From assembly GCA_023246755.1 (NCBI GenBank), contig JAHFHU010000003.1:3854-67853 (forward strand): 64,000 bases of DNA, read 5' to 3'. Below, in pieces: positions 1 through 9,717 of this stretch (its first letter is position 1; every line of letters begins with the position of its first letter). A program made the position numbers and the translations under genes. Source of the stretch: Candidatus Magasanikiibacteriota bacterium (GTDB lineage Bacteria; Patescibacteriota; Patescibacteriia; Magasanikbacterales; 2-02-FULL-50-9b). The notes below the pieces were generated by a model. That model was not told the origin of the DNA. It did no database searches and was given only the letters and a program-made list of their open reading frames with translations.

Positions 1-1578
1 GCCCAACTCACGACACACGCAATAAATTTGATGAATCTTAGTTCAGGGACAACATATTTTTATTGTATTCATGCGACGGATATGGCTGGAAATGAGACGG
101 CATCCTGCGAGCATTCATTCGTGACCGCTCCACCAGTTGTTACCACATCGACACCGTTCTTAGACACTACCGATGAAATGATTGTTGCTGAAGATGAGGT
201 TGCTGCAGAACCAAAAGACAATCTAGAATCGCCAGCGGAACTAATAAATCTCACAACCGCACATACAATTGAGGATAAAACTGATTTAGACACAAACATA
301 TCAGTACAAACATGGGCGCGTTTTTCTGACGCCGTGGGGAATCCAAAAAATTTGTTTGCTCCACAGAAAGAAAATGTGTACATACGCATCTTTAATCCAG
401 CGGTAAATAGCCATGATGATGAGCGAGATCGAGTTGTGGTTACGTTGACGACAGTGGGCAATGTGCGTGATGTTGAGCGAATAACTTTGGTTGAAACAAC
501 TGATAATTCAGGTCTTTTTGTCGGTGCGATTGGGTTTCATCTGGCGGCTGTTGCAACACACGGCAACAAATCTATTGAATTTAATGGACAAGGGAAAATG
601 CGTTTTAGTTATTTTGGATTACCCCATGTCGCCGCTATTTCGGGTCCATCACTCCACCGTTCTCGACCGACGATTCCATCAGATCGTTTTTTACAAATTG
701 ATGGAGGCGCGACAACAACGACATCTCGTGTCGTTACATTAAATATGAAGGCTGCGAACGCGGTCTGGATGGCTATCTCAAATAATAAAAATTTTCTTGG
801 AAGTATTTGGCAAAAAATGCAGCCATCGATTCGATGGAAACTTAGTGAAAAATTTGGAGAGAAAACGGTGTACATAAAATTTGAAAGTTCGAGTGGGGGA
901 CAATCGAAACCAATCTCACAAATGATCGCTTTCGTTAAGCAGGAAACAGCCATAGATCAATCATTATCAAAACAAACGACACCGCCGGTAGAATTGTTAC
1001 CAATTCGAGATGTGGGTAAGCTTGTTCGCTCCTTGGCCCAGCCGGACGTGTATTTTGTGCAGAACGGGGTGCGACATTCATTTTTGACACGCGGTGTATT
1101 TCGGTCATGGTTTGGTGAAACACCGACAGTTGAAATAATTTCAAATGCTGAGCTCGCTGCATTTCCACTTGGAGCGTCGCTCGGTGTGCGTCCAGGCACA
1201 CGACTTGTGAAATTTAATACGCATGGTACGGTCTATGCGGTTGAGCCGGGTGCGGTTTTGCGTGAGATACCATCAGCAAAAATTGGCGCGGCAATTTATG
1301 GCGCTTCATGGGAAAAACGAATTTTATTGTTACCGGATACGTCGATGGCATATTACACAAAGGGTACCCCCATTAGAAATGAGATTGACATACCGATGGG
1401 GACGCTTATCTCATATGGCTCTGAAAAGCGTATTGGTCTGGTGATCGCGTCGCAAACCGTTGCTCCGCTTTCCATAAGCGGTTTTGCGAAAAATAGATTT
1501 CAAGAGCAGTACGTTATCCCCGTGGGCGAATTGAGCTCGCTGCAATTTGTAAAAAGTATAGATGAGTTGGTAGAGTGA
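1..1578 (+). CDS. Large surface protein, C-terminal part (FN3-like segment, Ig-like segments, CPR surface-protein domain); probably starts upstream of the window
   Basis: ORF 28..1578 opens in an FN3-like motif (NLSSGTTYFYCIHATDMAGN). Its C-terminal domain (VRPGTRLVKF..VYAVEPGAVLR..YGASW) resembles the N-terminus of 59632..63393. Confidence 0.7.
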   Translation, partial: AQLTTHAINLMNLSSGTTYFYCIHATDMAGNETASCEHSFVTAPPVVTTSTPFLDTTDEMIVAEDEVAAEPKDNLESPAELINLTTAHTIEDKTDLDTNISVQTWARFSDAVGNPKNLFAPQKENVYIRIFNPAVNSHDDERDRVVVTLTTVGNVRDVERITLVETTDNSGLFVGAIGFHLAAVATHGNKSIEFNGQGKMRFSYFGLPHVAAISGPSLHRSRPTIPSDRFLQIDGGATTTTSRVVTLNMKAANAVWMAISNNKNFLGSIWQKMQPSIRWKLSEKFGEKTVYIKFESSSGGQSKPISQMIAFVKQETAIDQSLSKQTTPPVELLPIRDVGKLVRSLAQPDVYFVQNGVRHSFLTRGVFRSWFGETPTVEIISNAELAAFPLGASLGVRPGTRLVKFNTHGTVYAVEPGAVLREIPSAKIGAAIYGASWEKRILLLPDTSMAYYTKGTPIRNEIDIPMGTLISYGSEKRIGLVIASQTVAPLSISGFAKNRFQEQYVIPVGELSSLQFVKSIDELVE

Positions 1579-1693
1579 GTGGATATGTTTTGTGATGGGG
1601 CAGCGTTGTTAAAAATGAAGCAACCGTAGGTGTTATTTGTTCATTTGCTCGATTGGTTGATGGTGTGTTATAGTTTTATTTAACATAAATTAT

Positions 1694-1765
1694 ATGGCAA
1701 AAGGAAATCATGCACAGCAGAAAAACGTGAAGAAACCGAAGCAAAATAAGGACAAGAAAAAATAG
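1694..1765 (+). CDS. Small Lys-rich peptide MAKGNHAQQKNVKKPKQNKDKKK (23 aa)
   Basis: ATG at 1694 after an AT-rich leader like those of neighbouring genes, TAG at 1763-1765. Below the ORF-track size cutoff. Confidence 0.45.
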   Translation: MAKGNHAQQKNVKKPKQNKDKKK

Positions 1766-1786
1766 GGCAGTTCGGCGTTAATTATT

Positions 1787-2185
1787 ATGCGTAAACAAAA
1801 AATTGTTTCAATTGTTCTTGGTATTTTTGTTGTTGCGAGTGCGGCTGCGCTTGCGGTATACGCAAAACCAAAGCCAAAACTAAATTCAATGCGGCCGCGA
1901 TCGATTGATGCGTCGCCGAAAGTTGAAATAACAGCGACAACGTCAACGCCAGCGACATACACACTCATGCAAGTTGCGGCGCACAAAGATGCGTCAAGTT
2001 GTTGGACCACGATCAATGGCGCGGTTTATGATGTGACGCCGTGGATAAGCGCACACCCAGGCGGCGCGAGCGCAATTTTGAGTTTGTGCGGAACAGATGG
2101 TTCTGTGGCGTTTAATGAACAGCATGGCGGCAAATCGCGTCCGGCCAATGAGCTTGCTGCGTATAAAATCGGCGCGTTAAAATAA
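1787..2185 (+). CDS. Cytochrome b5-like heme/steroid-binding domain protein, membrane anchored
   Basis: YTLMQVAAH..SCWTTINGAVYDVTPWISAHPGG..GTDGS..F..QH motif; N-terminal TM helix. Confidence 0.9.
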   Translation: MRKQKIVSIVLGIFVVASAAALAVYAKPKPKLNSMRPRSIDASPKVEITATTSTPATYTLMQVAAHKDASSCWTTINGAVYDVTPWISAHPGGASAILSLCGTDGSVAFNEQHGGKSRPANELAAYKIGALK

Positions 2186-2188
2186 AAT

Positions 2189-2581
2189 ATGATGAATCAT
2201 AAAAAATACGCCCCCGTGGTTTTGAGACTCGGGATGTGCGCGGTTGTTGCGTGGTTTGGGGCATCGCAGCTCAGCAATCCGAATATGTGGTTTGGGGTCG
2301 TGCCGGCGTGGGCGCTCGAATTTTCGCACCTGTCCGCGCAGACGATCATTCGTTTGAACGGCTGGTTTGAAATTATCGCCGCACTCGCGCTCGGCGTCGG
2401 TGTTTTTACCCGTTGGGTCGCGCTTGCTTTGTCCGCACATCTTTTCGTCATTGCGCTTGGCTTTGGTTTAAGCGCAGTCGGCGTTCGCGATTTTGGTTTG
2501 ACATTCGGGTTGCTCGCTGTCGCGATGTTTGGCGCGGATTGCCTCTGTTTTGAGGACGTAGCGCCGCCCCTTGCGGTTTAG
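2189..2581 (+). CDS. DoxX family membrane protein
   Basis: LRLG..WFG..GWFEI..LGVGVFTR..VRDFGL pattern; about 4 TM helices. Confidence 0.8.
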   Translation: MMNHKKYAPVVLRLGMCAVVAWFGASQLSNPNMWFGVVPAWALEFSHLSAQTIIRLNGWFEIIAALALGVGVFTRWVALALSAHLFVIALGFGLSAVGVRDFGLTFGLLAVAMFGADCLCFEDVAPPLAV

Positions 2582-2623
2582 TCGAATATGCGGTAGACTG
2601 ACGAATCATTCTCTGATAAAAAT

Positions 2624-3079
2624 ATGAATAATTTTAAGCGTGGCGGCGGTGGTTTTAAGCCAACGGGCGGGGGAGGCAGTCGGTTTGGCGGAGGCAGTGG
2701 TTTTGGTGGCGGAGCTGGACGAGGACGCGGCGATGATCGCGACGGTGGTCGCCCTGCTATGCACAAAGCAATTTGTGCACGATGTGAAAATTCATGCGAA
2801 GTTCCATTTAAGCCAAATGGGGTAAAGCCGATTTTTTGCAATGACTGTTTTGGCAAGGACGCATACGGGAATCAGAATGCACCGGATCGTGCGGAACGTC
2901 GTCCATCATTTCAGCGTGAAAGTTTTGGTGGTGATCGCGCACCTGCAGCTGCTCCCGCATCGAATAATAACGCTGCATTACTTGTTGAATTGAAAGCGAT
3001 GAACTCAAAGCTTGACGCACTCGTGAAAATTTTGACACCTGAAGAAAAACCAGCGCGCGCAAAAAAAGCGGCGAAATAA
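2624..3079 (+). CDS. CxxC-x17-CxxC domain protein with Gly/Arg-rich N-terminus
   Basis: MHKAICARCENSCEVPFKPNGVKPIFCNDCF. Confidence 0.9.
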   Translation: MNNFKRGGGGFKPTGGGGSRFGGGSGFGGGAGRGRGDDRDGGRPAMHKAICARCENSCEVPFKPNGVKPIFCNDCFGKDAYGNQNAPDRAERRPSFQRESFGGDRAPAAAPASNNNAALLVELKAMNSKLDALVKILTPEEKPARAKKAAK

Positions 3080-3085
3080 ATTCAG

Positions 3086-3892
3086 ATGAAACCGCGGCTG
3101 CTGTTATTGACCAATACGGACAACAGCAGCCCGGAGGAGGATAAATATCTCGCGGATTTTCTGCGAGATATTTTTGATGTGACGCGCGTGCATCCGCGCG
3201 ATGCGGGCGAATTTGAGGATGTGGCTGATTTGATTTTGGTGCGGAATATTTGGCCGACAGAAACGCAGTTGCCGGAATTGCACGCGATGTATGCGCGGTT
3301 CGCGCGGAAAAATTTGTGTGTGTACAATCCATTTATTGGGCACGGGGATATGCAGGGTAAAAAATATTTGCCTGAATTGTGGCGGTTGGGGTATCCGGTG
3401 ATTCCGTCGGTTGAGCGGGTGAGTGAGTTGGGCGCGTTGCCGTTGACCGAAAATTTTATGGTGAAGCCGCTATTTGGGGGGAGTAGTTTTGGCGTGAAAA
3501 AAATTGCGCGATCGAAACTTGAGGCGATGCCATTGACCGATCACATCATTCAGCCATTTTTGCAAATCGAAAAAGAAATTTCATTTTATTTTATCGACAA
3601 CGAGTTACAGCATGTTCTTGCGACGCGCGGCGACCGATGGAATCTCCAGTTTTACGACGCAACAGACGAACAAAAAATGATCGCGCAGAATTTTGTCCAG
3701 TGGAACTCGCTTCCGCGTGGAATTCAGCGCATCGATTTTGCGTTGACCTTTGATGGCGAATTTTTGCTCATGGAGATTGAGGATTGGTGCCCTTTTTTAT
3801 CGTTGCGGGGGCTTGATGCAGCGCGGTCAGCCTTGTTTTTTGAGGCCATTAGGGGCGCTCTTTTGCGCGCGATTTTTTTTGCAAATGATTAA
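3086..3892 (+). CDS. ATP-grasp (RimK/GshB-like) domain protein
   Basis: VKPLFGGSSFGV, IIQPF, RIDF..LLMEIE motifs. Confidence 0.75.
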   Translation: MKPRLLLLTNTDNSSPEEDKYLADFLRDIFDVTRVHPRDAGEFEDVADLILVRNIWPTETQLPELHAMYARFARKNLCVYNPFIGHGDMQGKKYLPELWRLGYPVIPSVERVSELGALPLTENFMVKPLFGGSSFGVKKIARSKLEAMPLTDHIIQPFLQIEKEISFYFIDNELQHVLATRGDRWNLQFYDATDEQKMIAQNFVQWNSLPRGIQRIDFALTFDGEFLLMEIEDWCPFLSLRGLDAARSALFFEAIRGALLRAIFFAND

Positions 3893-4493
3893 TATGTTTT
3901 GTGATCCAGATGATGATGAGAAGAAAAAAAAGATAAATTATGATGCCATAAAATGTTCGATGGTTTGTTTGTGCGGGTGGCGCGTGTATGCGAGCGGCTT
4001 GCGTTGGGATTGTTGATTTTTGGTTAGTAATTTCTTTGTGTAGTTGGGTTGTTGATAAACGCCATGTTTTATCCTTGAGTGCCAAAACAGACCCCGGTTT
4101 TGTTTGGAGTCCGATACGGACACCGTGTGTTGTGAGTGTGATAGCCGGGTCGTCCGTCGTGGGAATATAAACACGCATGAGCAAATTTGGTGTAGACCCC
4201 TTTTTTGGCTGTGCGTGGGGTATCATTCCAAGGAATGATACATATTTTGTTTGATTAGTTTTTGTGCCAAGTATGGTGAGTGGCGCGTGCGGCCACACGC
4301 GCGCGATTGAGTGCGCAACATCAATATATTTTGGTGAAATTAGCGTATCAAAAATTATAGAGCCTTCAAATGCATTGACCTGGGTTGATGGTGAAAGAAA
4401 AATATCGATATAAAATTCATCAGTTCGACCAGCATCGCTACCAAGTTTAAAATCTATTTGTGGTGTTATAAATTGTGATGCCATATATATCAC
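3849..4493 (-). CDS. Cohesin-like domain protein with C-terminal TM anchor
   Basis: VNAFEGSIIF..SIARVW..P..VSFLGMIP resembles CPR cohesin-type domains; C-terminal hydrophobic helix followed by a basic tail. Confidence 0.5.
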   Translation of the reverse strand: MIYMASQFITPQIDFKLGSDAGRTDEFYIDIFLSPSTQVNAFEGSIIFDTLISPKYIDVAHSIARVWPHAPLTILGTKTNQTKYVSFLGMIPHAQPKKGSTPNLLMRVYIPTTDDPAITLTTHGVRIGLQTKPGSVLALKDKTWRLSTTQLHKEITNQKSTIPTQAARIHAPPAQTNHRTFYGIIIYLFFLLIIIWITKHINHLQKKSRAKERP

Positions 4494-5089
4494 TCACCCC
4501 AATAATACGAAAGAATTGAAAAATCAACGAGATCGACCATCTTATCTTTGTTGAGGTCTGTCGGGTGTGTCGGCTGCGTGGTTTCATATGCGGCTACCAT
4601 TGCTTGGTATAAATCAAACATTGCGGCGTTGTATCCGGCGCTATCACCTGTCGGGCTGATGAGCGTCGTGACAAATGGACGGAATGAAAAAGATCCCTCG
4701 ATAAATCCGGGCGTGCCAGCTGGGGGCTCGTTTATTTGGGGCGTCTGTGAAGCTGATGGCGTTGGTTTTGGTGGTGCAATGATTGCGGGCGATTGATCGC
4801 TGGGAAGCGTAATGAGTGGCTGCCCCGATGGGTTCGTTGGAATAATTGTTGGAGTCGTAGCAGGTGGTTCAACATACGATGTATAACATCCGCTACACGC
4901 AATTGGATCTCGAGTGACCGCCACAGGTGCGGGAGCGGTTGGTGTTTCATCGTCAGTACTCGCGGTAACTTGAACACCAATTGTTAAAATGTTTGTGTCT
5001 GCTTGTACTGGCACGAGGTTAAAAAAAAATAGCACACCGGCACCTAATATCGAAATAAAAATTGTTTTATTTCCCGATTGATTTTTCAT
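4490..5089 (-). CDS. Secreted Pro/Thr-rich protein with C-terminal dockerin-like EF-hand motif
   Basis: Signal peptide, P/T linker, C-terminal TDLNKDKMVDLVDFSILSYYW. Confidence 0.7.
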   Translation of the reverse strand: MKNQSGNKTIFISILGAGVLFFFNLVPVQADTNILTIGVQVTASTDDETPTAPAPVAVTRDPIACSGCYTSYVEPPATTPTIIPTNPSGQPLITLPSDQSPAIIAPPKPTPSASQTPQINEPPAGTPGFIEGSFSFRPFVTTLISPTGDSAGYNAAMFDLYQAMVAAYETTQPTHPTDLNKDKMVDLVDFSILSYYWGE

Positions 5090-5094
5090 GCAAA

Positions 5095-5454
5095 TTATTT
5101 TTGTAATAAAATTGCCGCGGTTGTTACCGCGATAACAAGCAAGATTCCCAGTAAAAATAGGATACGAATGCGGACATAAACTTTATGAAATTGTACCACA
5201 GAAATTTCACAGACAATTTTTTTCTTTGAAAAATGTTCATTTGCACGATGAAAGCACTCGGGAAAGCTGTAGCGCATCACAAAAGGAATTGCACGCGGAT
5301 TTTTGCTTAACATAAAGCCGAGTATCAGCATCGAAACGAGAATACCGATTATGAATCCAATAAAAAGTGGGTCATTAAACAAATAAACAAATGTTAAAAA
5401 TGCAGCATGTACGTTTGCAGTTGCCGCGGAAGCGCTGTTGATAAAAAAATTCAT
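5095..5454 (-). CDS. Small membrane protein
   Basis: 2-3 hydrophobic segments; co-oriented with the downstream genes. Confidence 0.55.
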   Translation of the reverse strand: MNFFINSASAATANVHAAFLTFVYLFNDPLFIGFIIGILVSMLILGFMLSKNPRAIPFVMRYSFPECFHRANEHFSKKKIVCEISVVQFHKVYVRIRILFLLGILLVIAVTTAAILLQK

Positions 5455-5477
5455 AAAGATCTGGTATAATAGGTGAA

Positions 5478-6017
5478 ATGAAACAAAGTATTCACATCTT
5501 CATTTCTTTTTTAGAAGACGGGTTAAAAACCTTCTTGATTATAGCACTTTGCTTGATTGGCGTAAAAGAGGTGATTGTTTCGGTTGATCAGGTAGTTGGA
5601 AACTCAATGGTTCCTAATTTTAAGAGTAGCCAACATTTTGTTGTTAATAAGATTGTGTATTATTTTCGTTCGCCAGCGCGCGGTGATGTTGTTCAAGCAA
5701 TTGAACCACAACATAAATCTTTTGTAATTAAGCGTGTTATTGGCATTCCGGGTGACGTCTTATTTACAAAGAACGGTGTTTTATACCGAGGATCAGCAAA
5801 CAACCCTCTGTCGTTTGCTGATGCACAGCGTGTTTTCGAGCCGTATTTGCCCGAGAGTTTTATAACAGATGTTAGAGGATCTACCGCTCAAACCATGTTT
5901 ATCGTGCCGCCGAACCATTATTTTTTGATTGGGGATAACCGATCGCATAGCACAGATTCTCGAGTATACGGACCGGTCTCGCGTATCTCAATTACGGGTT
6001 TTGTACAGGGTTTATAA
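5478..6017 (+). CDS. lepB: Signal peptidase I (S26)
   Basis: VVGNSMVP (catalytic Ser), VIKRVIGIPGD (catalytic Lys), GDNRSHSTDSR. Confidence 0.92.
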   Translation: MKQSIHIFISFLEDGLKTFLIIALCLIGVKEVIVSVDQVVGNSMVPNFKSSQHFVVNKIVYYFRSPARGDVVQAIEPQHKSFVIKRVIGIPGDVLFTKNGVLYRGSANNPLSFADAQRVFEPYLPESFITDVRGSTAQTMFIVPPNHYFLIGDNRSHSTDSRVYGPVSRISITGFVQGL

Positions 6018-6969
6018 CACGCTCGTCCATTGCAGTGACAATAGTGTTTCCATTTGACTCAATCCGTGTATATTTTTGTAAAGCAAAATTAACAATCGTT
6101 GTTGCTCCGGTTGATGATTTGAATAGGGCTATTTCTGGATCGATCCATTGAATTTTTTCAGCACGTAACGGAAATATCAAGCGCATGGATTTTTTCGCAT
6201 CGGTTTCTGATTTGTATGTCCAAAAGCCGAGCAAATGTTTTTTGATTTCATATTTTTGTTTGATTTTTGGCTGTTTGTCGGTCATTTCGGTGTTAGATTT
6301 GATTGCGGTAGCCTCGTCTGCGGTGAGTCTTGTTGGAGCATCTTTCCATGGATCGAACGCGAAACGTGTAATTGCACCACTCGAGTTTTTTGAAAATTCA
6401 ACAAGTGCTGTGTGGTTTTCTTTAAGATCCCACTCAGCATTTTCTGTTTTTGTGCCTGCTGGACGCATGAGCTTGTTTTCGAAGGGGATGCATGGCGCAT
6501 CTGTTGGAATTTCAGGAATAAATTCTCGAATACAATAACCAATTTTAGTTTTGTCTTTATCAAATGTTTTTAAAATTAGGTAACGCGCGTCTGGGCTTAA
6601 AGATGCGTCTGCAATCGAAATACGTTGCTTGATGCGCTGCCTGATCCCACCATTTGAAGAGATCGCCATGTACGTTGTTGAAGTTGCTGTCGAACGATTA
6701 TCGAAAGCTAAGGCGATGTTTTGGCGTAGATAAAGTAATGTAATTGAGCCATTGAGACGTATCGCATCTTCTTTGGTGAGTGGTTGAACAACGTATTCAT
6801 TGTGAATTTTATCGAGTTCGACGATGAGTTGCGGAATGAAGCCTGCGCCTACGATGTCGCGTGAACCAGATCTAAAGACTGCGAGATATGGTGCAGCGAG
6901 CAAATATAAGCAAAATACGAATATGCAAATTCCAAGGAAAATGCCGACAATAAGTGGTTTATTTTTCAT
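5992..6969 (-). CDS. Membrane-anchored hypothetical protein (possible beta-propeller-like)
   Basis: N-terminal TM helix; SLSPDARY motif; 325-aa ORF. Confidence 0.55.
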   Translation of the reverse strand: MKNKPLIVGIFLGICIFVFCLYLLAAPYLAVFRSGSRDIVGAGFIPQLIVELDKIHNEYVVQPLTKEDAIRLNGSITLLYLRQNIALAFDNRSTATSTTYMAISSNGGIRQRIKQRISIADASLSPDARYLILKTFDKDKTKIGYCIREFIPEIPTDAPCIPFENKLMRPAGTKTENAEWDLKENHTALVEFSKNSSGAITRFAFDPWKDAPTRLTADEATAIKSNTEMTDKQPKIKQKYEIKKHLLGFWTYKSETDAKKSMRLIFPLRAEKIQWIDPEIALFKSSTGATTIVNFALQKYTRIESNGNTIVTAMDERVINPVQNP

Positions 6970-6987
6970 ACGCCACCATCATACTAC

Positions 6988-7020
6988 AAAAAACCACCGC
7001 CGGAAAGGCGGTGGTTTTTT
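6988..7020. terminator. Intrinsic terminator, bidirectional type, downstream of 7039..8163
   Basis: aaaaaaccaccgcc-ggaaa-ggcggtggtttttt. Confidence 0.85.
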
Positions 7021-7038
7021 AAACGAGCAACCTATGAC

Positions 7039-8163
7039 TTAGCTGAGGCCCGTTGTACCGACGAAGATCATGTAACCTGAACACGAACCACTGATACCGA
7101 GATTCGGCTTGAGTTTGAGATACAAACTTGAGCTTGGAACCGAGTTTGCAGCAGTCGCTGTCGCTGATGCGATGTTACCAGCACCCGATGAACCTGATGG
7201 GGTTGTTGATGGAACTGAGCTAGCTGAGAAGTAGGTAAACCCTGACGATGCAGTTGAGTAGCGGAGACGATATGTTGGGATATTACCAACGCTACAGGCC
7301 ATCGCGTAGTTTGGTGTTCCACTTCCGGTTGATGAGGCTGAAATGCGATAGTCGGAAGTTGTGTTTCCTGTGTTGTAAACAACGACAGTCTTTGCATCCG
7401 ATTCACTTTCAAGTTGAACGGAACCACCACTTTTTTGAAACGTGATCGATGATGCATCGAGCACAACTGCATTAAGTGATGCTACTTGGTATGCGTTAGA
7501 ATCAGTGGTAAATACTGAACCGGTAGTTGCATACGAAGCGCTTCTTAATCGAATCGCAAGTTTCCATGTGCTAACCGGAGTAGCATTGTACTTCATGTGA
7601 ATTTTACATGAGAATGTTTCCGATGTCGCAATGGAAGATGACTGCGATGAGTCCGAGAAATTACAATCAAGTCCTGATGTATCCATCTGCATTGAGTAGC
7701 AACCTTTTGATGCTGTTCCTCCGTTTAAACCTGTTGTTGGAGTACATGATCCATCCGTAAGGCCCGCGGTTGTTGAGGCAAAGTAATACACGAAGCGATC
7801 TGCACCTTCACTGTACCATTCTGAAATGGTGCTTGATGCATAAAGCGTACCGGTGAAGTAAATGTCTGTGCCGCCGGTTGCGCCACCGCTCGCGTCAGTT
7901 TCCGTTAGTGTAATGGTACCACCGTCTGAAAGTGGTGTTCCACACGCACCTGCCGACGCGTGGTTTGAACTATTGTCAAGACAAACTTTTAAGTTTGCGA
8001 GTGAAGGGGCTGTTGAAGAAACAGAAAGATTGCTATTGAGTGTGTTGCTGTCGTCAGCCTTGCTTTTTAAGTTGACAAAAACGAGAAGGATAAGAAGTCC
8101 GGCAATGCCGAGAAGTACGGCAAATATCCAGTGCGTTTTTGAATCCGAATATTCTTGATTCAT
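7039..8163 (-). CDS. Secreted Ser/Thr/Gly-rich beta-strand protein (WxL/pilus-subunit-like)
   Basis: N-terminal TM ending in KSKA-DD; paired Cys residues; ends in a hydrophobic beta strand (GYMIFVG). Confidence 0.55.
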   Translation of the reverse strand: MNQEYSDSKTHWIFAVLLGIAGLLILLVFVNLKSKADDSNTLNSNLSVSSTAPSLANLKVCLDNSSNHASAGACGTPLSDGGTITLTETDASGGATGGTDIYFTGTLYASSTISEWYSEGADRFVYYFASTTAGLTDGSCTPTTGLNGGTASKGCYSMQMDTSGLDCNFSDSSQSSSIATSETFSCKIHMKYNATPVSTWKLAIRLRSASYATTGSVFTTDSNAYQVASLNAVVLDASSITFQKSGGSVQLESESDAKTVVVYNTGNTTSDYRISASSTGSGTPNYAMACSVGNIPTYRLRYSTASSGFTYFSASSVPSTTPSGSSGAGNIASATATAANSVPSSSLYLKLKPNLGISGSCSGYMIFVGTTGLS

Positions 8164-8174
8164 AATTTATTAAT

Positions 8175-8474
8175 TTATTTGGTTACCTGAACCTGTGTTT
8201 TGAGAATTTTTGCCGACTCGTCAGGTGACGAACCGTCAGGATTTTTGATGTTGACCTTTGTTTTTAGTACATCAATTGGGCTTTGTGTGCCTTCAATCGT
8301 TCTAAAAATTGTTTTCGGAATTTGTGAAACCGTTGCTGCTGTTTCGTGGTTCGTTTTTGATAATCTCATCCCATACAGGACAATTCCTGTGATCAGGGCG
8401 AAGACGACCCAAACAACGCCGAGTGCTTCCGCGAATCGGGCAGCGTTATTACTTTGTGTTTGTTGCTGATACAT
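8175..8474 (-). CDS. Small single-TM hypothetical protein
   Basis: 99-aa ORF in operon context. Confidence 0.55.
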   Translation of the reverse strand: MYQQQTQSNNAARFAEALGVVWVVFALITGIVLYGMRLSKTNHETAATVSQIPKTIFRTIEGTQSPIDVLKTKVNIKNPDGSSPDESAKILKTQVQVTK

Positions 8475-8514
8475 AGTTGTTAACGATTAATAAGGTTAGT
8501 TTATTTTTCGACGT

Positions 8515-9717
8515 TTATTTTTTTGCGCGTTTTTTAAGGACAACAGACGCAATTACTACGAGCAAGATAGCACCAAGCGCCATCCAAATTATTCGGACGA
8601 CCCCTGATGAACCAACTTGCAAGTCAAGTAATCGCTCTTCCGTTCGGTTAGGGCCGTAGTCAACAAAACCGCGAACTTTAAACTTCCCACCCTTTTTTGT
8701 TGTGTAGGTGAGTTTCAGGATCGCTTCGCGCGATTTTGTGATGATGATTTTTTCTGTGTGTATGGCGTCCACGATGTCTGTGCCATCTAAAATTTCGACG
8801 AAAAGCGTTGCGTCTACGGTTGAATCTCCGGCGTTGATAACTTTTGCTTCAATACGGACGGGTGTCCCGATCGTTTTTATTTCGTTCGATGATAATTCAA
8901 AAGTTTTGAGGGTGAGTTTTTGTGTCAATGTTCCGGGTGCAACAACGGTGAGGCCCGCTTTTTCGGTTTGACCGATCTGTTTTTCGTTGATGTAAAAATC
9001 AATTTGTGTTTTGTAACTGCCAACGGGTAGGCTCATTTCAACGGGAACGTTACGCTCACTGTTTGTGTCAGGCGCTACAGCCTCGACATTTTTGAGTGCA
9101 ACCGTTTTATTACTTATTACCGATTCTCCACTTGAGTTTATTACGGTGATAACTATTTTATTTGGAGCAATATCTATGTTGCCTAAGTTGTTAAATTGAA
9201 ATGTGAGTGGGGCAAATTCGTGCTCTGCTTGCTCAAAATCCGAGAATTGGACATGGCTGATCTTTCCTTCAATAATTTGCTCATCGCTGACGGTGAAGCT
9301 TATAAGCGTTTCTGCTCCAATTTGAAAGGCAGAGCCTGCTGTTGAATTTTTAAGAGCTCCTTTCGGTGGTTCCGTGCTCGGAATAAATGTTAAGTACGCT
9401 TTGTAAGATCCATTTGCAGCCGTTTTTGGAGCAATATAAAATTCAAATGGCATCGTTGTTTTTCCTTTTGGAAGTGTGTACGTTTTCTCAAATTTGAGAT
9501 ACGGGGCTCCATCGCCCGATGCCGTGACATTAAACACCTGATCATTTTCTGCATTCTGTCTTTGGACATTCACTGTCTTTTTTAATTCTGATGTTTTTAA
9601 AACACGTTCAGCAGTTATAATTCCCGGCGAGATGCCGAGTGCAAAAACTGGCTGCACTTCTGCGAGAGAAAAGAGAATGACGAATGTGAGCAGCGATCCG
9701 TTAAGTATTTTTTTCAT
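8515..9717 (-). CDS. Secreted multi-Ig-like protein with C-terminal TM anchor (DUF916/WxL-interacting-like)
   Basis: Signal peptide VFA-LGISP; F.NLGNIDIAP and INAGD Ig-like motifs; C-terminal TM plus KKRAKK. Start placed at ATG 9717. Confidence 0.6.
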   Translation of the reverse strand: MKKILNGSLLTFVILFSLAEVQPVFALGISPGIITAERVLKTSELKKTVNVQRQNAENDQVFNVTASGDGAPYLKFEKTYTLPKGKTTMPFEFYIAPKTAANGSYKAYLTFIPSTEPPKGALKNSTAGSAFQIGAETLISFTVSDEQIIEGKISHVQFSDFEQAEHEFAPLTFQFNNLGNIDIAPNKIVITVINSSGESVISNKTVALKNVEAVAPDTNSERNVPVEMSLPVGSYKTQIDFYINEKQIGQTEKAGLTVVAPGTLTQKLTLKTFELSSNEIKTIGTPVRIEAKVINAGDSTVDATLFVEILDGTDIVDAIHTEKIIITKSREAILKLTYTTKKGGKFKVRGFVDYGPNRTEERLLDLQVGSSGVVRIIWMALGAILLVVIASVVLKKRAKK

